Source: Methanotrichaceae archaeon
GTDB taxonomy: Archaea; Halobacteriota; Methanosarcinia; Methanotrichales; Methanotrichaceae
DNA: 64,000 bases
Assembly: GCA_963803145.1 (NCBI GenBank)
Contig: CAWDLW010000020.1
Coordinates: 32,001 to 96,000 of the forward strand
Reading direction: 5' to 3'
Shown: one piece after another, positions 9,248 to 18,742 of the stretch
Numbering within the stretch: the stretch's first letter is position 1
Layout: each line of letters starts with the position of its first letter
The notes under the pieces: model-generated
What the model was told of the DNA's origin: nothing
The model's input: the letters and a program-made list of their open reading frames with translations, nothing else
Database searches by the model: none
Made by a program: the position numbers and the translations under genes

Positions 9248-10321
9248 ATGGAACAAATTTCATGCACGATTTCGGAATATGCAGCATCGGACGGCGGCAT
9301 CGATCTAATTCCAGGTTACAGGCACAAGCTTACTCATACTTCAATTGGCGAATGGAACCTCTGGGGACGCTTAAGAGAGGTTGTGGTGGGCACTCCGGAG
9401 GGAACCATCATACCCAACTTCGAGGCGGTTAACGAAAAGGTTGTTGCGCCTGAGCTCGTGGAGATGATGAAGAAATATGGGGGCAGGCTCGCCAAGGAAG
9501 TCCTTCCAGATATGTACGCTGCCCTGGAAAGGGAGAGCAACGAGCTGGTGGAGATCTACAAGTCCCACGGCGTCAAGGTTCATAGACCGCGTTCCATCAA
9601 GCCTGAGGAGACTGCATATTCTTTCGGTTTCGGCTGCACAAACATATTTTCTTGCGATCCCTTCTGGTGCGTTGGAAGGAACATCATAGAGAGCAGCTGG
9701 CGGAAGATGGGTGGCCGGCCTCAAAAGTGGGCGGTTAGGGAGACCTACCAGCCCAAGGTGGATGCCGACCCTTCGGTCCACCTCCACGCCTGTCCCATGC
9801 CCTCTCCCGGGAACGGCCCGGGCTCGGGGGACTATTATTTTGAGGTCGGCGATATGCTGGTCGTCGGCGATGGAAACGTAATTTTAGCCTACGATGAAGC
9901 AGGCACCTCCAGCAACCCCCGTGGATGCGAGTGGGTCAAACGCATCCTCGAAGCAGACGGCTTCAAGGTAACAATCATAAAGCTGCCGGACACAGGCATC
10001 CTTCACCTCTTTGCGGTCATCTGCATCATAGGTCCCGGCACGGCCATAGCCTATGAGGGAGCCTTCCCGGATAGGAAGCTGCCCGAGCCCCTCGAGGGAT
10101 GGAACGTGGTATGGTGCGACCTGGAGGAGGCCAAGGCCACGGCCCCCTGTGCCGTGAACATCGACAGGGAGACGGTGTTGCTGCCGCGTGAGGCGCCCAA
10201 AACCTGTAAGGCGGTATCCGACCTCGGTTTCGATGTCATAGACTTAGAGTTCTCAGCCCATGCCATGGCCGCGGGAGGCATTCGATGTGCCACCGGCGTG
10301 ATCTACAGGGAGATTGACTGA
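9248..10321 (+). CDS. Amidinotransferase/pentein-fold enzyme, copy 2 (divergent active site)
   Basis: WGRLREVVVG start; EVGD, LHLF and AGGIRCAT motifs; GGGAGG SD upstream. Confidence 0.82.
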   Translation: MEQISCTISEYAASDGGIDLIPGYRHKLTHTSIGEWNLWGRLREVVVGTPEGTIIPNFEAVNEKVVAPELVEMMKKYGGRLAKEVLPDMYAALERESNELVEIYKSHGVKVHRPRSIKPEETAYSFGFGCTNIFSCDPFWCVGRNIIESSWRKMGGRPQKWAVRETYQPKVDADPSVHLHACPMPSPGNGPGSGDYYFEVGDMLVVGDGNVILAYDEAGTSSNPRGCEWVKRILEADGFKVTIIKLPDTGILHLFAVICIIGPGTAIAYEGAFPDRKLPEPLEGWNVVWCDLEEAKATAPCAVNIDRETVLLPREAPKTCKAVSDLGFDVIDLEFSAHAMAAGGIRCATGVIYREID

Positions 10322-10343
10322 GCCATATCTCACCTTTTTTTGG

Positions 10344-10516
10344 CTTATGTTCGGTGGGCTAATCTTTGGGGAGCTTTGCTCGGCCTTGAAGCCCTTTGGC
10401 ACGATCTTCATAAAGCTAATGCAGTGACGGTGCTGCCATCGGTGAAGATCACCCTGATCGCCATCATGGGTGATAAAAGCCAGGATGAGATCAAGGCCCT
10501 GGCTGTAAAAGCCTAA
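10344..10516 (+). pseudogene. Remnant of a dicarboxylate/amino acid:cation symporter (DAACS) N-terminus
   Basis: LMFGGLIFGELCSALKPFGTIFIKLMQ, then a frameshift into TVLPSVKITLIAIMG...KALAVKA*; resembles the GltP-type LKPxGxxFIxLxxMxVxP segment. Confidence 0.55.
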
Positions 10517-10543
10517 TCGGTCATTCTCCTCTTCAGCACAAAG

Positions 10544-10587
10544 GTAGACCTAAGGCCCCTCTTCAGCTGAGGGGCAAATTTTCCATC
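10544..10587 (+). repeat. Copy of the 3' end and downstream hairpin of the C45 gene at 13112-13156
   Basis: GTAGACCTAAGGCCCCTCTTCAGCTGAGGGGCAAATTTTCCATC versus GTAGACCTAAAGCCCCTCTTCAGCTGAGAGGCAAAATTTTCCATC. Confidence 0.8.
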
Positions 10588-10648
10588 ATGACGGTGGATC
10601 TATTCGAAATGGCTATTGAGAAAGATGTTTTTGAAAAGAGAGAGTGTA

Positions 10649-10697
10649 ATGGATAAGGGCCAACAAGCTTTATTGTGATCGATGTACAAAACGAATC
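10649..10697 (+). pseudogene. Isochorismatase/cysteine-hydrolase N-terminal remnant
   Basis: ATG followed by frameshifted A-FIVIDVQNE, matching the family ALxVIDxQNx motif; very short. Confidence 0.4.
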
Positions 10698-10794
10698 GCA
10701 AAAGAAGAGGATACAATGTTTTCAAGCGAACTGCGAAAAATAATTTTAGATAGATAGATATATGCTCCATCTACGAATGACATGCTCTCATATA

Positions 10795-11322
10795 TTATCG
10801 CATTTTGAAGCTTATATATACGGCGGTGAGCCCTCCTATAATGAATAATCCGCCGAACAAGTAGGTCAGCATTGCAGCGGCAATGAGCGGCGAGCCAAGA
10901 AGTAATATGCCTAAGATAAGGCTGAGCAGTCCAATAACAGCTGCTCCACGATCGCCTTTAAGGGCGTGAAAGAGGCTAATTGCACCCATGATTATTCCTA
11001 GCGTTCCAACTATCATTATCATAGTTGTTGGCACCAAGATGCCGCCTAATACCGGGTTCAGTATTATCGTTAGTCCTGCAAGTATGCCGATTATTCCGAA
11101 TATGGCTTTCCAAAGTCTATTGTCGTTATCTTCTAAGGCCGCAACGATGCCGAAAGTGCCTGACATGAGCCAATACCATCCTAGCAAAAATACGAGGGCG
11201 ATCACAGTTGTTAATGGCCTGGTTACAAGAAGTATCCCCAATATAGTCGCTAAAATGCCATCTATCATAATAGCCCACCAAGGGGCGAAGTCCATATTTT
11301 CCCTAGAAATAGTCTCATTCAT
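10795..11322 (-). CDS. HdeD/DUF308 family membrane protein, copy 1
   Basis: WWAIMIDGILATILGILL..P repeats; start reassigned to ATG 11322 after a GGAGGG SD; close paralog of 18125-18652. Confidence 0.85.
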   Translation of the reverse strand: MNETISRENMDFAPWWAIMIDGILATILGILLVTRPLTTVIALVFLLGWYWLMSGTFGIVAALEDNDNRLWKAIFGIIGILAGLTIILNPVLGGILVPTTMIMIVGTLGIIMGAISLFHALKGDRGAAVIGLLSLILGILLLGSPLIAAAMLTYLFGGLFIIGGLTAVYISFKMR

Positions 11323-11456
11323 AATTGCTTCTCCCTCCTTTATTCCGAGGATATATCTGGCTAATTGCCAATGAACTATAAATTTTTGATGCCCAAATTC
11401 CTCGGACATAATTATAATAATGCTAAACTTACACTCGTTATCATTCTTATCTCAGA

Positions 11457-11550
11457 TCAGCTATGGACGACTGCTGATATGCCCAGAGCTGGAAAGAGCG
11501 CTGTCAGAGCTGTAGTGGTGATGCTAACCCGTGCTATGACCATGGCTCCA
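11457..11550 (-). pseudogene. MarC C-terminal remnant
   Basis: Translates ...TTALTALFPALGISAVVHS* versus intact MarC ATALTALFPVLGTLTVAHG*; the 3' flank (CTTATCTCAGATCA on the plus strand) is also shared with 884-1531. Confidence 0.75.
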
Positions 11551-11640
11551 AAGGTCCGAACTCCTTTAACCCATTTAGGCTAAATTACTATACTATTCAA
11601 AATTTTTTGATTGTAATCGTTTGTGAATCTTTCCCTAATT

Positions 11641-11724
11641 CATGATGAAGTCCACCTCGCCGGTAACGTTAATATCCCGAGGGGATCTCTAGGATTTTGT
11701 GTTGGCATCCGGTCGCCATTTAGT
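11641..11724 (+). pseudogene. Rhodanese-domain remnant
   Basis: HDEVHLAGNVNIPRGSLGF resembles the rhodanese GHIPGAxNIPRGxLEF motif; no start codon or complete ORF. Confidence 0.45.
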
Positions 11725-11926
11725 AAACTTTTTGATTAGAATAGAACTCAGCATATTGATGATATGGATGCTATTGGATTACGAGTTACAGCTCTTAGAA
11801 AAATTCCGATATTCAATCGAACGAGTCTGCTTATGAAAAATAACAACCAATTGTGGAACATAATGCTAATCTTTATATAATTTCCCACTCATTTGCGATT
11901 GATATCCGGTAGAAGGAGGGGAAAGC

Positions 11927-13138
11927 TTGAGTAGCGTAAATATATCAGCCGCAGAGATCGATGGATCGAAGACTGCCTCGACAGATAGCGATACTACGAA
12001 GACCGCTGCAAATATCAGCCATATCCTTGATGCCAGGAACCCTGCTGCCACCTTTGAGGGAGGAAAGCTGTACATGGCTGGAAACCTGAAGGTCGTTGAG
12101 CTTCATGGGAGCTACAGGGCGATGGGCAGGCGGTATGGCGCCCTCATGAAGAAGGATTTAAACGAGATATACGAATACATAAGTGTCGATTTCGGGAAGA
12201 AGCCCGGCGTCAACTATGACGGATTCCTGAAGCTCGGCAGGACGTACTACAACTCCTACCCTCAGAGGTATAGGGAAATACTCAACGGGATAGGCGAGAC
12301 CTCAGGCCTCGGGCTGGATAAAGAGCTTATAATCAACTCTATGGAGGGTGCTTACTTACGATCGAGATTTGGGTGCTCAGGGATCGCTGCCTGGGGCGAC
12401 TATACATCGGGAGGGCCTCTCGTCTTTGGCCGAAACTTCGACTGGGTTACCATGGGCAATTACTTCTCAGTAGTTATCTATAATCCCGATGACGGCAACA
12501 TACCAGTTGCAAGCGTGGGCTATACTGGCTGTGTATACGTATGCACCGGCATGAATAAGAAAGGGGTCTTTCTTGAGCTGAACAACGGTGCGTTTGTTGA
12601 AGCCATAGATTTCTCGAACAGGGTCCTTGCCATGGCTTCATTGTTCTCCTTCCTGGAGGATTCCCAGGACCTGGACCAGCTCGACATTCAGTTCCATACG
12701 GCCCGTCCATCTCATACCTTCATAATAAATGTGGCCAACCAGACAGGAGCCTACTCCTATGAGTGGGCAACCTTCGATGTCAAACGCAGAGGGCCTGATA
12801 GGGACGGGCTGCTCGTCGGCACCAACCAGTTCGTCGACCCATCATGGGGAATTACCATGGCAGGTGATACCTATCTAATAGGACAGACCTTTGACATGGC
12901 CATGACAAAAGAGCGCCGCGAGAACCTCCTTGCCCTCGGGAAGAAGTACAAAGGCAAGATTACTCCTGAGACAATGATGAAGATCATTAGCATACCCATA
13001 GAGGAAGGGGGAGCATTCATGGCTCCTCACGGCACGAGCTATCAGACAGTTGCTGTGCCAAAAGACCTGAAGATCTGGGTCAGGGTGCCCGAGTATCAGG
13101 ATTGGGTAGAAGTAGACCTAAAGCCCCTCTTCAGCTGA
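11927..13138 (+). CDS. C45 family autoproteolytic Ntn-hydrolase/acyltransferase, copy 1
   Basis: LHGSYRAMGRRYG, E..GI, G|CSGIAAWG nucleophile Cys, GRNFDW, GMNKKG and TNQF; TTG start after GGAGGGG. Confidence 0.85.
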   Translation: MSSVNISAAEIDGSKTASTDSDTTKTAANISHILDARNPAATFEGGKLYMAGNLKVVELHGSYRAMGRRYGALMKKDLNEIYEYISVDFGKKPGVNYDGFLKLGRTYYNSYPQRYREILNGIGETSGLGLDKELIINSMEGAYLRSRFGCSGIAAWGDYTSGGPLVFGRNFDWVTMGNYFSVVIYNPDDGNIPVASVGYTGCVYVCTGMNKKGVFLELNNGAFVEAIDFSNRVLAMASLFSFLEDSQDLDQLDIQFHTARPSHTFIINVANQTGAYSYEWATFDVKRRGPDRDGLLVGTNQFVDPSWGITMAGDTYLIGQTFDMAMTKERRENLLALGKKYKGKITPETMMKIISIPIEEGGAFMAPHGTSYQTVAVPKDLKIWVRVPEYQDWVEVDLKPLFS

Positions 13139-13289
13139 GAGGCAAAATTTTCCATCTCTATCTTTTTTGTTGGCGAAGAACTGGCTTCCATGATCAGTAA
13201 TGGCTTGCTCGATCTTTCTTCTATCACTGTATTCTTTAGAGCTCGTCTTAATGAAAAAGCTTATATTGTTATCTGACTTACCGGCGTTC

Positions 13290-14879
13290 ATGGAGCCCCT
13301 GAATGAGAAAGCCTACAGGCAACGCTGGATCGCCCTGGCCTTCATATGCCTGTCGCTGCTGGCTATAAGCTTCAACGACTCAACCATAAACGTAGCTCTT
13401 CCATCGATAGCCAAAGATATGCATGCGAGTGCAAGCAATCTGATGTGGGTGGTCAATGCTTATATTATCGTATTTGCTGCCCTGCTGCTGCCAATGGGAT
13501 CTGCTGGAGACCGCTATGGACGCAGACTATTTCTATTAATTGGGCTTGCTCTGCTATGTATAACATCGGCCTTGGCCTGCTACAGCGGATCGATTGAAGC
13601 TCTCATCGCTACGAGGGGCATAATGGGAATAGCAGGCGCAATGATAATGCCTTCTACGCTCTCAATACTTTCTGCCACATTTACAGATAAAAAAGAGCGC
13701 TCTCAGGCGATAGCCATCTGGGCTGCAACATTTGGTCTGGGAGCTGCAGGAACTGTGCTTGGAGGCTGGCTTCTGGAGAATTTTTCATCGACCTCTGTAT
13801 TCTTTGTAAATGTGCCTCTGGCCATCATCGCTATCATAGGCGGCTATTTCTTCATATCCAATTCAAAGGATGAGCATGCTCCATCAATAGATCTGCCGGG
13901 GGTCGTGCTATCCATAATAGGCATGGTCGCCCTTGCATTTGGAATCATCAACGCTGGGGAGATAGGATGGAGCGATCCAGGCGTTATAAATAGCCTGGGG
14001 ATGGCAATTGTCTTCATGGCAGCCTTCTGCTACTGGGAGAGCAAGACTAAAAACCCTATGCTGCCTTTGTCTCTCTTCAAGAACAGGTCGTTTTCTCTAT
14101 CCACTATGGCAATTGTAATGGACGTGTTCACTCTAGCAGGCGTTAGCTTCTTCTTCCCCCAGTTTATCCAGACGGTTCTCGGCTACAGTGCTCTGCAGTC
14201 TGGCCTGGCTATGCTGCCGCTATCAGCCGTGGTTGTGATATTCTCAACCTCGTCAGCTAAGCTGGTGGGACGGTGGGGGGTCAAGAAGGTTATAGCATGT
14301 GCCCTCATGTCCTCTACAATTGGCCTCTTGTTCATGATTGCGACATTTGGAGTGGATACATCATATCTGGTGCTTTTGATATCTATGATCTTCATGGGCA
14401 TAGGGAGCGGAACTATCACAGCACCTGCCACTGACTCAGCGATGAGCACAGTTCCAATCTCTAAAGCGGGAGTCGGATCTGCTACTAACAATGCGGTCAT
14501 AAGTCTTGGAGGCGCCCTGGGTGTGGCGGTCCTGGGCTCGATCATGAATAGCATGTACATCTCCGAACTCGGTAAATTTACAGATCTAAATCTTCTGCCT
14601 GTGGATGTCTACAACACCATAAAGAGCGGAGTCGTTGGGGCACATCAGTTTGCGGCCTACATAACCCATCCCCAGGTCCAGTCGCAGTTCATTGTCTTTG
14701 TGGATCAGGCCTTCGTATCTGGCATGAAGAGCGCACTGCTTGTGGACGCAGCTTTGGTGTTCTTGACAGCCATAGCTATTTACCGACTCCTGCCGGATAT
14801 GAGCCAGAGGACAAAAGAAGATGGCGAGGATTCCATTCGGCGTGAGGTGGTGACCCCTCAGCAGTCAGGGACTGAGTAG
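13290..14879 (+). CDS. DHA2 (14-TMS) MFS efflux transporter, copy 1
   Basis: DSTINVALPSI, GSAGDRYGRR motif A and E...KNPMLPL; ATG 13290 lies about 25 nt after a TTATAT TATA-like box. Confidence 0.9.
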   Translation: MEPLNEKAYRQRWIALAFICLSLLAISFNDSTINVALPSIAKDMHASASNLMWVVNAYIIVFAALLLPMGSAGDRYGRRLFLLIGLALLCITSALACYSGSIEALIATRGIMGIAGAMIMPSTLSILSATFTDKKERSQAIAIWAATFGLGAAGTVLGGWLLENFSSTSVFFVNVPLAIIAIIGGYFFISNSKDEHAPSIDLPGVVLSIIGMVALAFGIINAGEIGWSDPGVINSLGMAIVFMAAFCYWESKTKNPMLPLSLFKNRSFSLSTMAIVMDVFTLAGVSFFFPQFIQTVLGYSALQSGLAMLPLSAVVVIFSTSSAKLVGRWGVKKVIACALMSSTIGLLFMIATFGVDTSYLVLLISMIFMGIGSGTITAPATDSAMSTVPISKAGVGSATNNAVISLGGALGVAVLGSIMNSMYISELGKFTDLNLLPVDVYNTIKSGVVGAHQFAAYITHPQVQSQFIVFVDQAFVSGMKSALLVDAALVFLTAIAIYRLLPDMSQRTKEDGEDSIRREVVTPQQSGTE

Positions 14880-14974
14880 ACTGCAGATGTTCAGGTATCA
14901 AGCTAAGCAGCTAAACACGTACTAAGCTGCTTAACTTTTAAATATAAATTCTAACATTTTTTCATTTTTGGGAG

Positions 14975-15464
14975 GATGAGACATCCACTTTCTCGAAAGG
15001 AAGATCCGGGTGGAAAACTTCCTGAATCCCATAGCGCGATCGAGCGAGCGCGGATTTATCTGGCTCAAATCCATCCTTGGGCCACAGGGCTATGACGTGG
15101 AGAGAGTTCCCATCAGGGGCGAGTTCCTTCATCTGGATGTGGCCTTATCGGTCGTGAGGCCTGGCCTGGCTGTGATTTGCCCTGACGCCTTCGCTGAGGG
15201 AATTCCATCGTACTTCGACGGCTGGAAGCTCATTGAGGTCTCCAAGGATGAGGCCCAGCGACTGGCTACAAATGGCCTTCCTATTGATCCAGATCATTAT
15301 ATACTGAGCTACAATGAGCACTACGACGGGTGGCGAGTCCAGAAGGCCCTGGAGCCGAGGGCATAACTGTCCATCGCATTGCATTTGACAACCACAATGG
15401 GGATGGCGGCTCTGTGAGATGTGCCACTCACCCACTTGTGAGGAGATTGAACTCGAAGGCATGA
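14975..15464 (+). pseudogene. Amidinotransferase/pentein-fold enzyme, copy 3 (5'-truncated, frameshifted)
   Basis: SERGFIWLKSILG...LHLDVALSVVRPGL...LATNGL; a frameshift near 15358 continues GITVHRIAFDNHNGDGGSVRCATHPLVRR to TGA at 15464; N-terminal half absent. Confidence 0.82.
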
Positions 15465-15731
15465 GCAAAGAGAATCTGTTCCTCGATATTTCTTGCGGGC
15501 TGCCTCAGGATATCGATCAGGAGCCTTAATGATTCGCATGCCTGTCAGAAGTTTGACCTCTAGGCGGTTGATAGCGGCATGTGACTCATTAGATATGAGC
15601 TCTCAAAACAAAACATCGAATAATCATTTTTTCGGTATCAATTATAACCAGAAATGTATTCTCTTTACAGGGACAATGCAAATATCATAAATCCGAGAAA
15701 GTTTATATGTCAGGAAGTCATGACAGCCTTT

Positions 15732-17279
15732 ATGCCTCGTGAAGCAAAAAGCGCGAATAGTCAGCCCTGGATTTCTATGATATTCATATGCTTATCGGTA
15801 TTGGTTACAAGCCTAAATAATAATATGCTCAATGTAGCCCTGCCGTCTATCGCCAAAGATTTGCATGCAAGTTACAGCGAGCTTCAATGGGCAATTGATG
15901 CATATGTGCTGATCTTCGCAGCGCTGCTGCTGACGATGGGATCCATCGGCGATCGATTTGGCAGAAAGCGTTCATTAAAAATTGGACTCGCATTATTTGG
16001 AGTAAGCTCAATACTTGCGGGCGGAGCTACATCGATTTTATCGCTGATCCTCATCCGCGCCTTTATGGGCATATGCGTGGCAATGATCATGCCCTCTACC
16101 TTGTCGATTTTAACGGCAGCCTTTGAATATCCAAAGGAGCGCTCGCAGGCAATTGCGCTTTGGGCCGCTACCTTCGGTTTAGGTATAGGCATCGGCCCCT
16201 TATTAGGCGGCTGGATTCTCAAACATTTCTCCTGGAATTCAATTTTCTTCGCAAACATACCGCTAATTGCAGTTGCACTAGCCGGCAGTTATATTTATAT
16301 CAGCGAGTCAAAAGACGAAAAAGCCCCTCCGGCAGATATGATCGGTGTATTTCTATCGATCACAGGTATGGTCACCCTGCTATTTGGCATCATCCAGGCG
16401 GGCGTTGTAGGCTGGGAAAATCCCAAAATATTGATCTCCTTAGCGCTGGCTGCCATATTCCTGACAGCATTTGCAATTTGGGAAAAACGCACAAAAAATC
16501 CCATGCTGCCTCTTTATCTTTTCAAGAATAAATCCTTCACCGGAGCAAATATAGCAATGACCTTTCTCACCTTTAGCTTGTTCGGCTCAAGTTTCTTCCT
16601 AAGCCAGTATTTCCAGACAATTCTCGGATATACTGCACTGCAGACAGGTCTGGGTATCCTGCCCATCGCGATAGCAGTGGTTGTATCCTCTGCATTGTCT
16701 GCCAAGGTTTCTGAAAGGCTGGGCATAAAATTTACAGTCGTTGGAGCGATTCTGATAACGGCAATCGGTCTGATCTATATGGCTGCTATTGCGGGTATAG
16801 CAACGAGCTATGGGACTCTGCTGATAGGCATGATATTATTAGGCGTTGGCCTCGGGATTGCCCAAGGCCCGGCTACCGACTCTGTCATGGGTGCCGTCCC
16901 TAAGGCCAAGGCTGGCGTAGGTTCAGCGATGAATGATACAACACGAGAGCTCGGCGGCGCACTGGGAGTGGCTGTGCTCGGGACCATATCGAACAGGGAT
17001 TTCCTGGCCCAGATCAATCGGCTGAGCATACAAAATATTTTGCCTCCAGATGCATATCAGCTAATTCAAAGCGGTATAGTAGGAGCACATCAATTTGCGA
17101 CTTATATTCCCTTTCCGCAGGTTCAGGAAAAGTTTGTAATTTATGTGGATGAGGCATTCGTAGGAGGGATGAGAGACGCTATGTTCATTGGAGCTGCAAT
17201 AATGGTTCTTGCAGCTATACTGACATATAGAATTCTGCCTGCGCAGATTCAACGCGCAGAAGATACTAAAAAGGATTAA
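15732..17279 (+). CDS. DHA2 (14-TMS) MFS efflux transporter, copy 2
   Basis: NVALPSI, GSIGDRFGRKR and GVGSAMNDTTRELGGALGVAVLG motifs; paralog of 13290-14879. Start could be 15720 or 15732. Confidence 0.9.
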   Translation: MPREAKSANSQPWISMIFICLSVLVTSLNNNMLNVALPSIAKDLHASYSELQWAIDAYVLIFAALLLTMGSIGDRFGRKRSLKIGLALFGVSSILAGGATSILSLILIRAFMGICVAMIMPSTLSILTAAFEYPKERSQAIALWAATFGLGIGIGPLLGGWILKHFSWNSIFFANIPLIAVALAGSYIYISESKDEKAPPADMIGVFLSITGMVTLLFGIIQAGVVGWENPKILISLALAAIFLTAFAIWEKRTKNPMLPLYLFKNKSFTGANIAMTFLTFSLFGSSFFLSQYFQTILGYTALQTGLGILPIAIAVVVSSALSAKVSERLGIKFTVVGAILITAIGLIYMAAIAGIATSYGTLLIGMILLGVGLGIAQGPATDSVMGAVPKAKAGVGSAMNDTTRELGGALGVAVLGTISNRDFLAQINRLSIQNILPPDAYQLIQSGIVGAHQFATYIPFPQVQEKFVIYVDEAFVGGMRDAMFIGAAIMVLAAILTYRILPAQIQRAEDTKKD

Positions 17280-17289
17280 TTTTCAGATT

Positions 17290-17748
17290 CTAAGATAGAA
17301 TCCCGAAGAAGAACCTGATGGCATCACCGCTGGATAGAACAGCCGCCAGCTTTAGCGTGGCGCCTATGGTGTTGCCTTTTATGCTCACTTCTCCCGACTT
17401 TTCGGCATCTTTGTAAGCTGTTGTGGGATCTGCTGCGTTTTCTACTCTATGAATTGCACCCTCGGTCGCATAGACATCAATGGTTGGATTCTCGATGCCT
17501 CCTTTCTCTGATCTTATGATTTTGGCATTCTTAGTTTCAAATCCCCAAGCAATAGTGCTGCTATCATTCATCGGAACAGTGATGTTTACCTTTTCATCTC
17601 CTAATAGCGCCCTTAGCACTGATGGTGCGTTATCTATTCTGCTATTGTAGCTATCAACGCTCTTTTGCAGGTTGTTTACATCTACAACTGCATCGGCCGT
17701 TAAGACGCAAAGGAAAATTACCAGGGCTAGAGAAATTATAGTCCTCAT
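17290..17748 (-). CDS. Secreted hypothetical protein
   Basis: Signal peptide MRTIISLALVIFLCVLTADA; 152 aa. Confidence 0.7.
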   Translation of the reverse strand: MRTIISLALVIFLCVLTADAVVDVNNLQKSVDSYNSRIDNAPSVLRALLGDEKVNITVPMNDSSTIAWGFETKNAKIIRSEKGGIENPTIDVYATEGAIHRVENAADPTTAYKDAEKSGEVSIKGNTIGATLKLAAVLSSGDAIRFFFGILS

Positions 17749-17847
17749 AAGATCAATTATGATTAATTAGAATTTATCTTTTTCCCTTTGTATATCATCT
17801 TGAAACCACAAATCATAATAATATTCGTATACAATATTGGATATTAC

Positions 17848-17985
17848 GGTGCTGTCCCCTTATTTCAGGCAGAGGATGGTGAGGCTGAGCAGAGGGATTC
17901 CGCGGCCATAGCCATAGGCGGCGCCGCTACAGCGCTGATAGCGCTCTTCCCGGCCCTGGGCTTATCGACAGTCGTGCACAGCTAA
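17848..17985 (+). pseudogene. MarC remnant with two large in-frame internal deletions
   Basis: GAVPLF + AEDGEAEQRDS + AIAIGGAATALIALFPALG match the N-terminal, middle and C-terminal segments of intact MarC. Confidence 0.8.
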
Positions 17986-18124
17986 TCCGAAATGAGAGGA
18001 ATAGCAAGGCATAAGTTTAAGATTATTATAAATATGTTCATGGGATCAGGACATCAAAAATATTTTATAGTACGTTGGCGTTTAACCGGTTATATCCTCA
18101 GCATAAGAGGAGGGAGAAGCAATT

Positions 18125-18652
18125 ATGGATGGGAACATTTCTAGAGAAAATATGGTCTTCGCCCCTTGGTGGGCTATTATGATAGATGGCATTGTAGCGA
18201 TTATCTTGGGGGTACTTCTTGTAACCAGGCCGTTATCAACTGTGATTGCCCTAGTATTCTTGCTCGGATGGTACTGGCTTATCTCAGGCGTTTTGGGAAT
18301 CGTCACGGCTTTCAAAGATGAGGACAATAGACTTTGGAAAGCCATATTCGGCATAATCGGCATACTCGCAGGGCTAGCAGTAATATTCAACCCGGTATTA
18401 AGCGGCATCCTGGTGCCCACAACCATGATACTCATGGTTGGAACGCTAGGAGTAATCATGGGTGCAATTAGCCTATTTCACGCCCTTAAAGGCGATCGTG
18501 GAGCAGCTGTTATTGGACTGCTCAGCATCATCTTGGGCCTACTCCTTGTCGGCTCACCACTCATTGCCGCAGCAATGCTGACCTACTTGTTCGGCGGATT
18601 GTCCATCATAGGAGGATTGGCGTCAGTATACATAGGCTACAAGATGCGATAA
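18125..18652 (+). CDS. HdeD/DUF308 family membrane protein, copy 2
   Basis: Near-identical architecture to 10795-11322; GAGGAGGG SD. Confidence 0.87.
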   Translation: MDGNISRENMVFAPWWAIMIDGIVAIILGVLLVTRPLSTVIALVFLLGWYWLISGVLGIVTAFKDEDNRLWKAIFGIIGILAGLAVIFNPVLSGILVPTTMILMVGTLGVIMGAISLFHALKGDRGAAVIGLLSIILGLLLVGSPLIAAAMLTYLFGGLSIIGGLASVYIGYKMR

Positions 18653-18742
18653 GATACGAGTACATATTTTATTTTTTGCTCCAAAACAGCTAAATAATCA
18701 TCAACTGGTTGTGGATCAGTCTATAATAAGTGAGGTGGTAAT

